Shown here piece after piece: positions 49,601 through 61,379 of a DNA stretch of 64,000 nucleotides. The translations under genes and the position numbers were made by a program. How positions within the stretch are numbered: the first letter of the stretch is position 1; the number at the start of each line of letters is the position of its first letter. Under the pieces are notes generated by a model. That model saw only the letters and a list, made by a program, of their open reading frames with translations, was not told the DNA's origin and did no database searches. This stretch comes from Klebsormidium nitens (taxonomy: Eukaryota; Plantae; Klebsormidiophyceae), in the NCBI GenBank assembly GCA_000708835.1, contig DF237233.1, positions 49,751-113,750 of the forward strand. Direction: 5' to 3'.

Positions 49601-52600
49601 TTCTCAGAGCATGCAGTGAGGCTTATCCTGCGTGCTTCCCCGTCCGGACTTTTATACATGTCAGCGCGTGCCTTGCGGATGTCTCATTGACCATAAGCTG
49701 ATGAAGTGCGTAACTCCGTCTCTTTGCCAGGTCCATGTGCGCAAAGTCCGGCTAGTCATCCCCTACACCCCAGGCCAGCAGTCTGAGCAAAACTCGCGGA
49801 CCGGCAGCCCCACCGCAATGTCGATGAGCGAGGACTCTGGCGATGAGCGGGGAGGGACCAGTGAGGACAGCGCAGGCGACGAACGCATGCACGAGCCTTC
49901 CCGATCAGGGCGCGACTCCGCTGACTCGCGCTCTGGGGGGGGCCGCTCAGTCCCGATCCCAATGCGGCGACCGCCCCTCCCCACATTTGGATCGAATAAC
50001 AGCCTTTCAAGCATGATTGGAACGAGCCCGGGGGGGAACGGTCGGACGCCCCCGGTGGCGGCGGGTGTAAGGGTTCGCAGCTCGCCGGTTCCGCGGCCGA
50101 CGTTTGGCTCGTTCACGAGCCTGGTAGAGATGGAGGACGAGCTGGAGGATGCGCGGATAGGGGCGCGGAGAAAGGAAGCGACGTACGGGCACGAGATCAC
50201 AGTCGCGACGGGGGACCGGCAGGGGCTGCTCAAGTACATGACGTCGGCGCTGAGCGACTTCCAACTGGAGCTAAACATTCGGGTGAGCGTGGATGCTGTC
50301 GCATGACGTCATGTCACTTCGGGTGTGTCGTTGGTTAACAGCAGGCGGGGGTGTGTCGTTGGTTAGCAGCAGGCGGGCTTGTTAGCTCACTAAGGTATCA
50401 CGATGTGTGCAGCCGATGAGATTATCTCGAGCTGTACGCCTTTCCTTATCAGCAGTATCTGTCGGAGATGCTGTAGACCAGTGCTTTCGCATCGGACTGG
50501 ACTGCGTGCTCCTGCAAGACGGTTCCTTGTGCAGAAACGAAGTCTGAGTCGGATCTGCTGCCAACATTCTGCTCAGGATCGTGCATCATTTTGGTTGTGC
50601 ACTGTGATCCAAGCGCAGACACATGCTGTAGTAAGATCTGATGCCCATTGCGTTCAACTGGATCAAGCCCGTTCTGACGTCTTTCTGAAAGCTTACAATG
50701 ACCAAACCGACGTACACTGTCGCTGCAGGAGGCACACGTGTTCAGCACAAGCGACGGGATGGCGCTTGAGGTGTTTGTGGTGGAGGGATGGACAGGAGAC
50801 AGTGTAAGTACTCCGAGCTTGTCAACGCAGCTTGCCATTGAATGTTTCGGATGCAAGCTGTATGTTGCAAGTGCAAGATGACAGACTTGAAGGACGTGTG
50901 TGCGGCTGTTTATCATGGAGCAGCAAAGTGTTCAACCACTACCACTTACCAATACAGCTTAAAGTGGACTGTATTCATTGCTTGACTTGCTCCACTGCCT
51001 TTCATCCCCTTGGAACTCTACGAATACGAAAGGGACATTTGAGAATGCAATGAGCCAGTTTCTAGTGGTGTTGTTCCAGCTCTCAGGCCCGCGACGATGT
51101 GCTAACAAGGTTCACTTCACGGTCTTTCGATACCAGCCGCCACACAGGCTTGGTCAACAGGGCTCTCTCTCCGTACAGTCTGAGGAGCTGAGGCAAGCGG
51201 TGCTCTCTGCCCTTGGGAACAAGCTGCTGCACGGAACGCCTCGGAGCAAGAAGCCGCAACGGGAGCCGATGGATATCATCGACCTGAAAGCGGCGACGGA
51301 CGCGATCGCGTACGAGGATTGGGCGGTGGACTACAACCTGGTAGGAGGACCATTTCTAGCATAATTTCGGTTCTTTTAGGACTTCATTGAAGCTTTTTCA
51401 GAAACTACTAGTTCACGAAGATTGTTGTGGGAACGAGAAAAAAGTCGAAGCAGCTGCTGACCTTGTGGATAGTGGAAGGGCACGCTTGTTTCCAGTTGGG
51501 ATCCGTAGGCCAGTGAGTATGATTTACAGGCACATCCACTTTCTCAACCACTTGCATAGAATATGGTTGGTTAGTTGGTGAGTGCATAGAATTGAAGTTG
51601 CCCATTCACTTACTCTGGTTCCCACAGTCTTTTCCCTTCCTCCGCTTCTCTCATTTCATTTCCGAATCATCCTAGGCAGATTGTTCACGTCTATGAAACG
51701 GCGGGATCTCAATTGATTTTGTAACACAAAGTACAAACATGGTTGCTCGTGGTCTGCAACTGTCCTTTTTCTTTTCATGAGGGGCAATAGAACAGACGGT
51801 CGAAACTTGCAAGCAAGCAATCGGAAAGATCAACTGGGTAGGAAACTAAGCTCTTCTTTGTGTGCAGCTCGACATTGGCGAGCGCCTTGGCGGGGGCTCC
51901 TCCGGCCGCCTCTACCGCGGCCGTTACCGCGGGTCCGACGTGGCGGTAAAGGTTATCCTGCTGGAGGATCTAGGCGTGGAGGCTTCTGGCACGCTGCGGG
52001 CGGCGCCCGCCGGGGAGCTGATCCAGATGTTCAAGCAGGAAGTGTCGATCATGAGGATCGTGCGCCACAAAAACCTGGTTCAGTTCATTGGCGCATGCTC
52101 GAATTGGCCGCGGCTGTGCATCGTCACGGAGCTTATGGCGGGGGGCAGGTGCGCCTCATTTCTTTGATGAAACAAACGCATTTCTCGTCTCTTTTCCTCG
52201 GTCCATATTCGCTTTTTCTTCTGGAAAATTACGATGGCGTGATGGCTGCGGCTGCCTCGTCACGGAGCTCATGGCGGGGGGGAGGTGCGTCTTCGTTTTC
52301 TTGTTCCTTTCTCCTTTGTGTTTTTCGTTGTGATTCTTGTGGTGTTCGACGTCGTGAATACTTTGGAGCTTCGAGGACCTATGGTGGCCCACTGGTCGCG
52401 ATTTTGCATCATTATGGGGCTTACGATCGGCCACCGTGTGTCCTTCAGTTTGCGCTTTACCGCCTCTCAATCTGTGTCCTTCTCCCGGTTTGAACTTACG
52501 GAGCTATTGGATGGCGCTTCGTCTGCCTTCTGTGTTTTCCTCTCGTTTTTGACAGCGCTTTTTATTCCAGAAGTTCGAGAGAGCGCAGTTTTTGACCTCT

Positions 52601-55600
52601 TCCTCTTGGTGATTCGTTCCGCTCTGTACTGATTCAGTGTTTTGCGACACCATCTGACGTTCAAAGCCGCCACCAGTTCGTTCGCAAGGGTCTTAGGACG
52701 CTGTCGCCGTACAGCTCGCTGGCGACTAGTACTCTTACTCTTGCTGCAGTGTGCGCGCCGGGATGCAGTCCCGGGACGGGCCTCGAGCCAAACTCCGCAA
52801 TGCTGGTTTTCCTGAAGGGTTTTCGTCTCTTTCGTGATAGTCGGAGACTTTTCTAGACCATCGCAGGTTTCGTTTCTCTTCTAACAACGGCTGTCGGTAC
52901 TCCCCTACAGCGTCTGAGACATGATGCAGTCTCGGAGGACGGGCCTCGAGCCGAACCCTGCGATTCGCGTCCCACATTTGACGATTGGCATCCGCTTTTC
53001 AATAATTTGAAATCTCACCAGATGGCGCCGTGTTCATTCCGCTCGCTGACACGGGGTGATTTCACTCCCTGCAGCGTGCGGGACATGATGCAGTCCCGGG
53101 GAACGGGCCTCGAGCCGAACTCCGCCATCCGGGTCCTGCGAGATACTGCTCGCGGGATGGACTTTCTGCACAAGCGGGGGATAGTGCACCGAGACCTCAA
53201 AGCCGCAAATCTGCTCATCGACGAGCACGACGTGAGTCTGTTCTTCTGGTTCACCTTTCCACGTTGCCCCTTGCCCTTGTCTTATTGTGCTTGTTGTGCA
53301 GCTTTTGTCGTGGTGTACTTGAACAGTTTCTTTGTCCCGTGCGTTTGGAGTACGTTTCTTTCATATAGCGGATATATTTTGTGATCTGAAGAGTGTTATC
53401 TGGATCCAGTTGGCTTAATCTACCAGGGGCGGAATGTCGACGCCGGCGCTTGCATTCTGGTACTCAGGCGCTTGACAAGCAGCAACAGGTTTGCAGCTGC
53501 CCTGAAGAACCACTTCACCTAATTTACGCCCACTCGCGTTGCAGGTGGTCAAGGTGTGCGACTTTGGCGTGGCGCGCATGACCCCCGCCGCGCTCCAGTT
53601 TGTGAAGCGGCCGCTCGACAACGATTCGACGGAGATGACGGCAGAGACGGGGACGTACCGCTGGATGGCGCCCGAGGTGCTGGAGCACCGGGCCTACGAC
53701 CACCGAGCAGACGTCTACTCGTTCGGGATCGTCATCTGGTTAGTCGAGCTTATTTGCAGTCTTTCAGGGTTTGGGGTTCCGTATCAAAGCATTTTGGCAT
53801 GAAGCCGGAACCGGTGTGTCTCCGGACAGTGTCCCAGGTGCTCGAGCACTGGGGCACGACTATCGAGCAGACGTCTATTCGCTCCGGATCGATACTTGGT
53901 GAGGTTCTCTGCTGCTTGGGTTGACGTGTTGAGACTCTTTTGAGCAATGCGCCAACGTCTGCTGGGCGGGCGCGTACTCATCAGTATTGTGGTGAGCGTT
54001 TTTTTGACCCTCGTCATGGTCTTGCTGCTTCGTGAGATGAGCTTTCCCGGGGGTTTTCGATGACTTGAGAGACTGGGTCGTCTCTTGCGGTGCATGAGTA
54101 CATTGAAGTTGGACTCGGCGCGTGAACTAACTTTTTATCCTGCAACTGGACGAGGTTATGTTACATTCCACGGCCCTGAAAACTGGAGGGCATAACATTC
54201 ACAGAGCTATTGTAGCCGGTGACACAGTTGTAGCTTGTCCAGAGATTATTGATTGTCCTCGACTCTTGATGAACCCTTACTCTAGAAAGTTTGCATGTTC
54301 GTCTCATCCTCGTCCTGACGCCCAGCGTCTTGTTTTCACTCCAGGGAGCTGCTAACAGGGGATATTCCGTATGCCGGCCTCACGCCCCTCCAAGCTGCCA
54401 TTGGCGTTGTCCAAAGGTGCGGCAGCCGTTCCCTCTTGCCGCACACACTCTGTTGAGCTCTGTTGAGGACGCCCCGGCTCTCAAACTTCGACCTAGATCA
54501 AGCACGCGCGGTTGGGTAGCTTCAGTAAACGGGGCTCCTCAGAATTCGCTGCTCCTCCGCTTTGACATTTCCAAAAGCCTTCAACCAGTGCGAGGAATGA
54601 TAACCTACCAGGATAATTGCAAAGTTAAACCTGAAGATGACGCTTCGGACGTCACCCGACCTGTGGTTTTGCAACGTCACCAGATTCCATTTTGCTAGTA
54701 TTCAAGCGCATTCGTACGGTCATTGAAGTGGACGATGAAGCTTTATCGGTTGAGCTTGTACACGACTTTTCACGACAAAAATTCTGAAAGGTGTATCTTC
54801 AGACCGTTTCTCGCTCGTTCTGCAGGCAACTACGCCCCACGCTCCCCCCCGTCTGCCCCCCCCGGCTGTTCTCCTTGGCAGAGCGATGCTGGCACCCCAA
54901 TCCGCAAATGCGGCCAGAGTTTAGCGAGGTGAGCGTTTGACACTCCAACAACGCCTTCAAAACGTGCCGCCTGAAGAAGCGCGAGGTGTAAAACCGTCGT
55001 TCTCGATAGCCTTGCATTGCGGAAAACGTTCGCAGCAATGCGGACAACCGATTGCTCTACCATAAGACTGACGACTGTCAGTACAAGGTTGTGGCTCGGG
55101 CGGACTGCATGACGAAAGCTTTTTTCGTTTCGTTTTCAAACGTACGGGTCCAGAGCCCTCTTCGCAGCGGTTGCTCGTCAGTCCGCTTGGTACTCCAACG
55201 AGGTTTTGAATCTCCCTAGAAGTTACGTTGTACTGAACTCAATAGCCTCTTTGCAGCATGCAAATGTTTCCTTGTCTGTTACATCAAACTCTGGCAAGTG
55301 TTTCTTTTTCACAGGACGTCGCCCTTCTGGACCACTTTGCGACACTACTTTCGAAACGCGACATCGTTTCGCATCTGTCGCACCCTGCATTCCGTTTTTC
55401 CTTTGCATATCTTCAGCTCGGCAGCGCCATATAGTTTGTGTCTACTCCTTATTGATCGCGTTTCGAGAGAGCACCGAGCTTTTGGGAAGCTTGCTACATT
55501 CCTTGTGTTTCACCTTGCCTTCATCCTCCGCAGATTCTCATGATCCTGGAAGACTGTATAAAGCCAATCAGGAAGAGCTTCTTCGGGTCATCCAAGAAAA

Positions 55601-55614
55601 AGCCCGTGGCATAG
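46677..55614 (+). CDS. ACT-domain dual-specificity STY kinase (Raf-like MAPKKK, STY8/17/46 family)
   Basis: Exons 46677-47038, 49279-49405, 49731-50282, 50729-50803, 51179-51340, 51868-52148, 53075-53231, 53545-53738, 54345-54416, 54826-54928, 55534-55614. HFERLPSR|YSLNID is the family N-terminal motif. ACT domain [18 protein letters not shown]|[10 protein letters not shown]. Kinase motifs [32 protein letters not shown]. Start ATG uncertain (46677 or 46692). Confidence 0.93.
50321..50376. repeat. Two copies of a 28-bp tandem repeat in kinase intron 3
   Basis: GGGTGTGTCGTTGGTTArCAGCAGGCGG twice, one mismatch. Confidence 0.9.
52244..52973 (+). repeat. Exon-edge copies in kinase intron 6: one copy of the exon 6 3' edge and donor, two copies of the exon 7 acceptor and 5' edge
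   Basis: 52244-52290 GTC ACG GAG CTC ATG GCG GGG GGG AG|gtgcgt, against the exon end at 52148. 52750-52805 and 52911-52973 read cag|..ATGCAGTCyCGG..ACGGGCCTCGAGCCrAAC, against the exon start at 53075. Confidence 0.9.
53829..53900 (+). repeat. Degenerate intronic copy of the 3' edge and donor of kinase exon 8
   Basis: CAGGTGCTCGAGCACTGGGGCACGACTATCGAGCAGACGTCTATTCGCTCCGGATCGATACTTG|gtgagg, against GAGGTGCTGGAGCACCGGGCCTACGACCACCGAGCAGACGTCTACTCGTTCGGGATCGTCATCTG|gttagt ending at 53738. Confidence 0.85.
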
Positions 55615-57324
55615 CGCGCGCCCATCTATCCCCGTGTGTCAATACCCGTTCCGACGGCGTTCCCAACTTCCAAGACCATTGCGCGTCCTCAGCATATCAA
55701 GCGGTTGCATTAGCCTAGCAAAGGAGTCCGGTTGGGGGACTAGAGCAAGTTTACCCGTTGCATGCTTGGTGTGGGTGGCAGCCGACAGCGCATGTAGAGT
55801 CGCTCGTGTTGTTCGCTTTCTATCCAGATCGGGAAGAAGTGTGTCGTGTCGCGTGGGGTAGACGGTGTCGATATTCTTCAAACCCGTCTAGCATCTGGTG
55901 CGTGGAGTGCGATTGGCTTTGTGATCACTCAGTGGGCGTAGGTAACGTGTCATGGGCACTTGGGAAGCGACGCTAAGAGAGGTAGGCTAGCCAGAACCGA
56001 GCATATAGCTCAACATGATCCTTGCACAATTGCTTTCTCGCCGCGGGTTTTGCCGCTGGCCGGCTTTTTTTCATGGACTCTCGGAAGAGGATGACGTCTT
56101 TGCAGAACTATGAGAAGACGCAGTGAAGAGCAGGAGCGAGTTTGCGCTGACTTTTAAAGCAGCAGCATATGTACTTGGACCAGGGCTTAGCTTTTTCTTA
56201 TAAGCTGTGTCAATCATTTGGTGTTTGTGAGTCGCTCTTCAGACTGGTGTCTATATAAAACTCAGCACAGAAAATCACTTACTAAGGTATGCAGTGCATT
56301 GGCAAAGAAATATCACCAAAGATCTGCTGTTCCCGTCAATCCCTTGTGGAGCGTGTGTGTAACTCTGCCAGAAAGCTGGCCAGTGATGCATTTTCCGGGA
56401 CAAGCTGGCGAGTCCATGCTTAGTTGACTGCATGTAGAGCATGTTTGTTACTGTGCCAGCTTGCACAGTCATGCGCATGAGTGACCGTCACTGCGGCAAC
56501 GTCACGCGTTAAGCCTGGACCCAATGATTATTTACTAAGCCCCTTAAGTTAATCGATCGAGTAAACATTCAAGCCGCATGACGTACCTTTTGGCGGAATT
56601 AGCTAGGGTTCTCGAGGTCATGGACCTACGTACATGCGCATATGGTAAATGCTTGCAGTAGAACAATTAAATACATGGTATACCGATACCGGCCCCACGT
56701 GGTCGCCAAATTATGTTCCCTACACGCTCATGCAGCGTGCAGTGCGCGTACGCATGTGATCGGGAGACAACCCGCCTAGCTCAGGCGCGGGGATCTCTTT
56801 GAAGTGCCGCGGCCCATCCAATCAAAATCTCACACATATATATGGGCCGGCATATTACAGTGACCTTCAGTACGTTGTTCTGCCGCTCCAGTTATAGTCC
56901 GACGTCGGCCGGAAGGCCGGTATGTGTATATTTCGACGTTGGACACCTGGCTTGAAGTTACAGTTAAGTTTCGGAAGACCTTTGCCAAAATCAAAGTCGG
57001 TGCCGGACAATCGTGAAATCGACGCCGCCATACACTTTTCGTGGTAGCCGGCGACGTTTCTCTCGTCCATCCATCTCAGCCTTACTAGCAAAAACAGCAA
57101 AGCTGTCTTTCGAGCTCTATGGAAATGGGAGCTGTCATCAACGCCCAGACTTCTTGGCGTGTACTAACGTCAGCAACTTTTCGCATCGCCTCATGCAGCT
57201 TAGGCGACGTCAGCAACCTCTCCTCAACTCTTCCAAACCGTATTTGACAAAAGCAAGTCTGTACAATTTTCCAGTTCAACAGTCTCTCGTGCATTTCAAC
57301 TCGTGTGACGTCAGCAGCTCCCGC

Positions 57325-60300
57325 TCATCGCTTCGAGTATGACGTCCGCACGCTGCGCGCGCTGCTGGGCTGCCGCAGGAGCTCGCGCGCGGTCGGCGTC
57401 TCCTGTGCCGCCGCATCGTCGCCGTTCGATAAGTACGGGACGACACGTGGCGACGTCGGACGCGCCCGGAGGTTCTCCGCGTACTGGGCGGCCGACGGCA
57501 CGTTTGACGTCAGCTTCGACGGCGGGTGGAGGGGCGTCTTGGCGGAGGTGACGTCAGCATCCTTGTCGGATGACGTCTTCTTGCGGCAGGCCCAGAACAT
57601 GATCCCGAAGGCGACGGCGGCGAGGCAGCCGGCGAGGGCGATCAGACCAACTGCGCAGAGGAAAAGGATTTTTCTGAGTTTCTTCTTAAAGAGCGGGGCA
57701 GGGAGAACGAACCGAAAGGGTGGAAGCGAAGAAAGTGCTCGGTAAGAACGAAGCGCTGCCTCCTGAAAGGTCTGATCGCTTTTGACTGCGATCTGAAAGA
57801 CCGAAGTTGTGACATAGACGCACAATCAGGCGTCAAGGAAGAGTCAGCAAGTAAAGTAACTGGACAAGAACAGATCAAGGACACGCAAGAACAGGCAACG
57901 GCCTATGAATGTTCGTGCGTGCGTCCTTGCTTTCTACGCAAATAAACATGGGGTTGGGGCACAGCAGAAACGGCTGCTTTCAGCGGAGAATGCTCCTAAA
58001 GTAAAGTCGCGAACGGCTCGGTTGTAGTCAAGTTGAGCTTAGCTTTCGTAACAAGCCGTCTCTCTAATCAAACAAAACTCTTTGAATTCTGAAACCTTTG
58101 AAAGTGGACTTGGTAGACGTTCCTCCTTCCAATCGGGTTCACCAGACGACCTTAGACCGCTTTCCAAGGCGTTCGTCAAGACTTACTTGTAATACCCGTA
58201 TCTCTCCCAGAGCTCGACTTCGATTCCTCGTCACCCAAACCCGAACCCGAACCCCCGCTAACCGTTCCCGAACCGCCCGCCGCACTCTGCCCAGGGTTTT
58301 GGAGGTTTGCGCCCGCGTTCGTCGGCGCGGGCGTCGCGGCTGCGGGCGCGGGCGGGGTTTGGGTCAGCTGCGCTTGCTGCGGCAGGGTCGTCGGCGCGGG
58401 CGTCGGGTTCGCGGGGGCGGGCGTGGGGTTTGAGGGGTTTTGGGGCGCGGCCGTTAGCGCCGGGGGGCTCGGCGTGGCTGCAAATCACCGTTGATGTTGA
58501 CTTTGAGTCCAGGATTCGTAGTGTTCTACTTTCGCGATAACGAATTAGAAATGGAGAAACGGCGAAAATGGTACGTCGGAGGAGCCTAAGGAACGAGGAC
58601 TTCGCGTTTTGCGCGCTCTCACTGGAACAATCCGCAATTGAGTGAGTGCGAGTGTGAGTGTGAGTGTGAGACGTCAAATCAAGTTGCTTGAAATTTCTGC
58701 TCAGAGCGCTTACGAAAACTAGCTTCTAAAGCTTCGACCGGAAGCTCGCAAGAGTCCCCGGAAAGCCACGAGACTGCTCTACGCATGAAACTTAAAAGTC
58801 TTGATCAAACTCTTTCTGTCACGTTACTCTCTGATGAGTTTACGTGGCCACAATAAGCCAGTTCGCCGACCACCCCACTTCTGCAGGAGTAACTGCGCAG
58901 CTTGCCCGGCGCTCTTCAACCGGGTATCGTCCGCACATATTGTTTGAGGTTGTTATCAACGGCATGAGTAAACCGCAACAAAGAACGCTTTACACGCAAA
59001 ACGACATGATAATATCCCGGCAACCAATTTCTCTCACCTGCAGGAGTGACTGGGCAGCTCTGCCCGGCGCCATTCACCCGAGAGTCGTCCGCGCAGGCGC
59101 AGAGGTAGGTCGTCTGCCCGGTTGGCACACACCCGACCGCATTCGCCGGGCACTGGTACGTACCGGCGGTGCATGGGTTGGTCGGGGTGGGGGCGAGGGT
59201 AGCGACCGGGGCTGACGTGGTCACCGAAGGAGCTGCGTGGAGAAATATAAGAAATATTTTGTAGAGATTTGTCTCAATTGTTTCCGACTTCGTTGTGAGT
59301 CGCGCGCAGTGAGAAGCGGCGCTTACAGTCGTTTGACCCGTCGGCGCGGCATGAGTATGCAAGACAAATCAGGATCGGAGATGGTAAAGACTTGAAAGAT
59401 AGCAGCTAGACGAAGGTGGACAAGCCGTAGAATATCTCCACGTGGGTCACAGACATTGAGCCTTTCCGCTCCGCTCTTCGCTCTCTCTTCCGTCCGCAAG
59501 TTAAGCAACCTTCAATGACCATCATGGCAAGGGGAACTTTTCTACCAAGTTGACGTACCGGTGACGCACGGTGACGTCGCCTGCGCCGGGTTGCTCTGCA
59601 CGGCGTCTGGGTCACAGACGCAGCGCGCGGCTCCCCCGGCCACGACACAGCCGCCCTTGTTGCAGCTGACGCCGACGCACGGGTTGGCGGTCGGGGCTGG
59701 CGTCAGCGTGACGCAGGGGCTCCTGCGTTCGCGGGAAGCAGAAAATCAATCAGAGGCGTCCAGTACAAAATACGTGCGGCTCTCCCGTCCTTTGTATTGT
59801 CATTACGTTTTCCTGAGTACGAGCTTCGCGGTAAGGCCAAGTGAAAAGTTGACAGCATTATTGAACCAGCACGCAACGATTGTCGTGTTGAGAGCAAGTC
59901 AAAAGTATGAGGCCCGTCGGACAGACCGAATTTGTCTTTCTGAATCCGTCCGCTTAAAATATCAGCGGCCGGAATCAGAAAGCTCTAAATCAAAATTTTG
60001 ATAGTGACCATAAGTCCAAGGCGAGTAAGCTTTGTAATGGAAAACTCCATTGGAAAACAAGGTACTGGATTACAATCGCTCAAACCAGGGGCGGTATCTG
60101 ACTGGAAACGACGTAATCCGGGGGGATCCGCTTACTGTGGGGTGGTCTGCGTCGATCCGGCAGGGCACATGCAATTGAACCCGGCTGCCGATCCGTCCGT
60201 TCCGCACGTTCCGGTTCCGCAGGGGTTGCCGGCCTGGCAGGCGGACGGAATATTGGAGCACTTGGAGTGGGGGTCACCGGGGTTGGCCTGCACAAGTCGA

Positions 60301-61379
60301 GGGACATCTTTCAGGGCGCGTGACACGTTTTGAATTCACTTCTCCGGTTTGCAAAGCTTTTCCGCTCTGGTTGCAACCGAAATCGTAGGGGGATACTGCT
60401 AGTGATTTCCTCACACCTTCGACTTGCCTTAACTATCCGTGGCCGAATCAATCATCAAATCAATCATCAAAGCGAAAGGAGGTTAGCTCTCGGCCCTTAC
60501 CTGCACCGCATTGCCCATGCACTGACACGTGTAGTCCGTCAGGCTCGCGCTCCGGACGCACTGCCCGGCAACCCCGCAGTCCACAGTTGCACAGGGATTG
60601 GTCGCCGGAATAGTGCACTTGCTCTTGGGGTCCGACGGAACGGAATTGACGGAAACGGACGGAATGCACGCGCACACGTAGTCGGCGGCAGCGGTCCCGG
60701 TCGGTACGCACGTGCCCTGGCCGCAGTCCGCGGTACAGACCGGGGGGGCGGAGGGCGTAGGGGCTGGAATGGAGGAGTTTCCTGAAATCCGAGAAGAAGT
60801 CCGTCAGTCCTTTGAAACATGGTCGGTTAGTTCGTGCTCTCCAACTTTCTGGTCTCCGCTTATTTTCACGTTTCTTCCAGGAAAGGTCAAGTGGTCGAGT
60901 TGCTTCCGGAATGGCCCGCTACGAGGGTAATCATGCAAAGAGACTTTAACAGGTGACGTCAAGCTCAGCCTTGATGGCAAGCGGTGCATGCAGAAACGAG
61001 AGTGACATGAAGTGACTTTCTGGGAAAATCCTAGCCTGCTGCACAGTCCTCCAAAAACTCTGCTTGAGTCGCGGTAGTTTTCAAACACCGGATCTCTAAT
61101 GAAGCTCACCATCTAACATTGTCAGTTCTTTCACTTTGGCACCCAGCTTCAAACCGTTCTGAAATTTCCCACAGAGTCAAAGAGCGGGGCGACCTAATCT
61201 CGTCTTCAAACAAAACATCTTAGGCGCACTCCGGCTTCTACTCTATGTACAAATGAACGGTTACCTGTGGCTAGCAACGTACGCTTGCGCGGGTTCTTGG
61301 AGTCCGATTCATCGTCCGCGGCAGTGATCAGGGTTGTTGATAGGAGCAAGCAGACGGCGATCAGGACCGTCCATCGCCC
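57325..61379 (-). CDS. Type I single-pass membrane protein: signal peptide, five EGF-like Cys repeats, Pro/Ala/Thr-rich stalk, TM helix, ~85-aa cytosolic tail
   Basis: Exons 61379-61283 (GRWTVLIAVCLLLSTTLITAADDESDSKNPRK; initiator Met must be on an unidentified upstream exon), 60781-60501, 60287-60136, 59722-59559, 59232-59038, 58477-58187, 57650-57325 (IGLIALAGCLAAVAFGIMFWAC then RKK). All junctions GT-AG and in phase. Five 6-Cys units each with C4-x-C5 spacing. Confidence 0.8.

Noticed and set aside
56867-57100. Minus-strand ORF just past the EGF-gene stop as an extra coding exon
   Set aside because: The plausible GTGCGG donor near 57350 is phase 0 and would meet an immediate TAA at the nearby acceptor. 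No recognisable motif.
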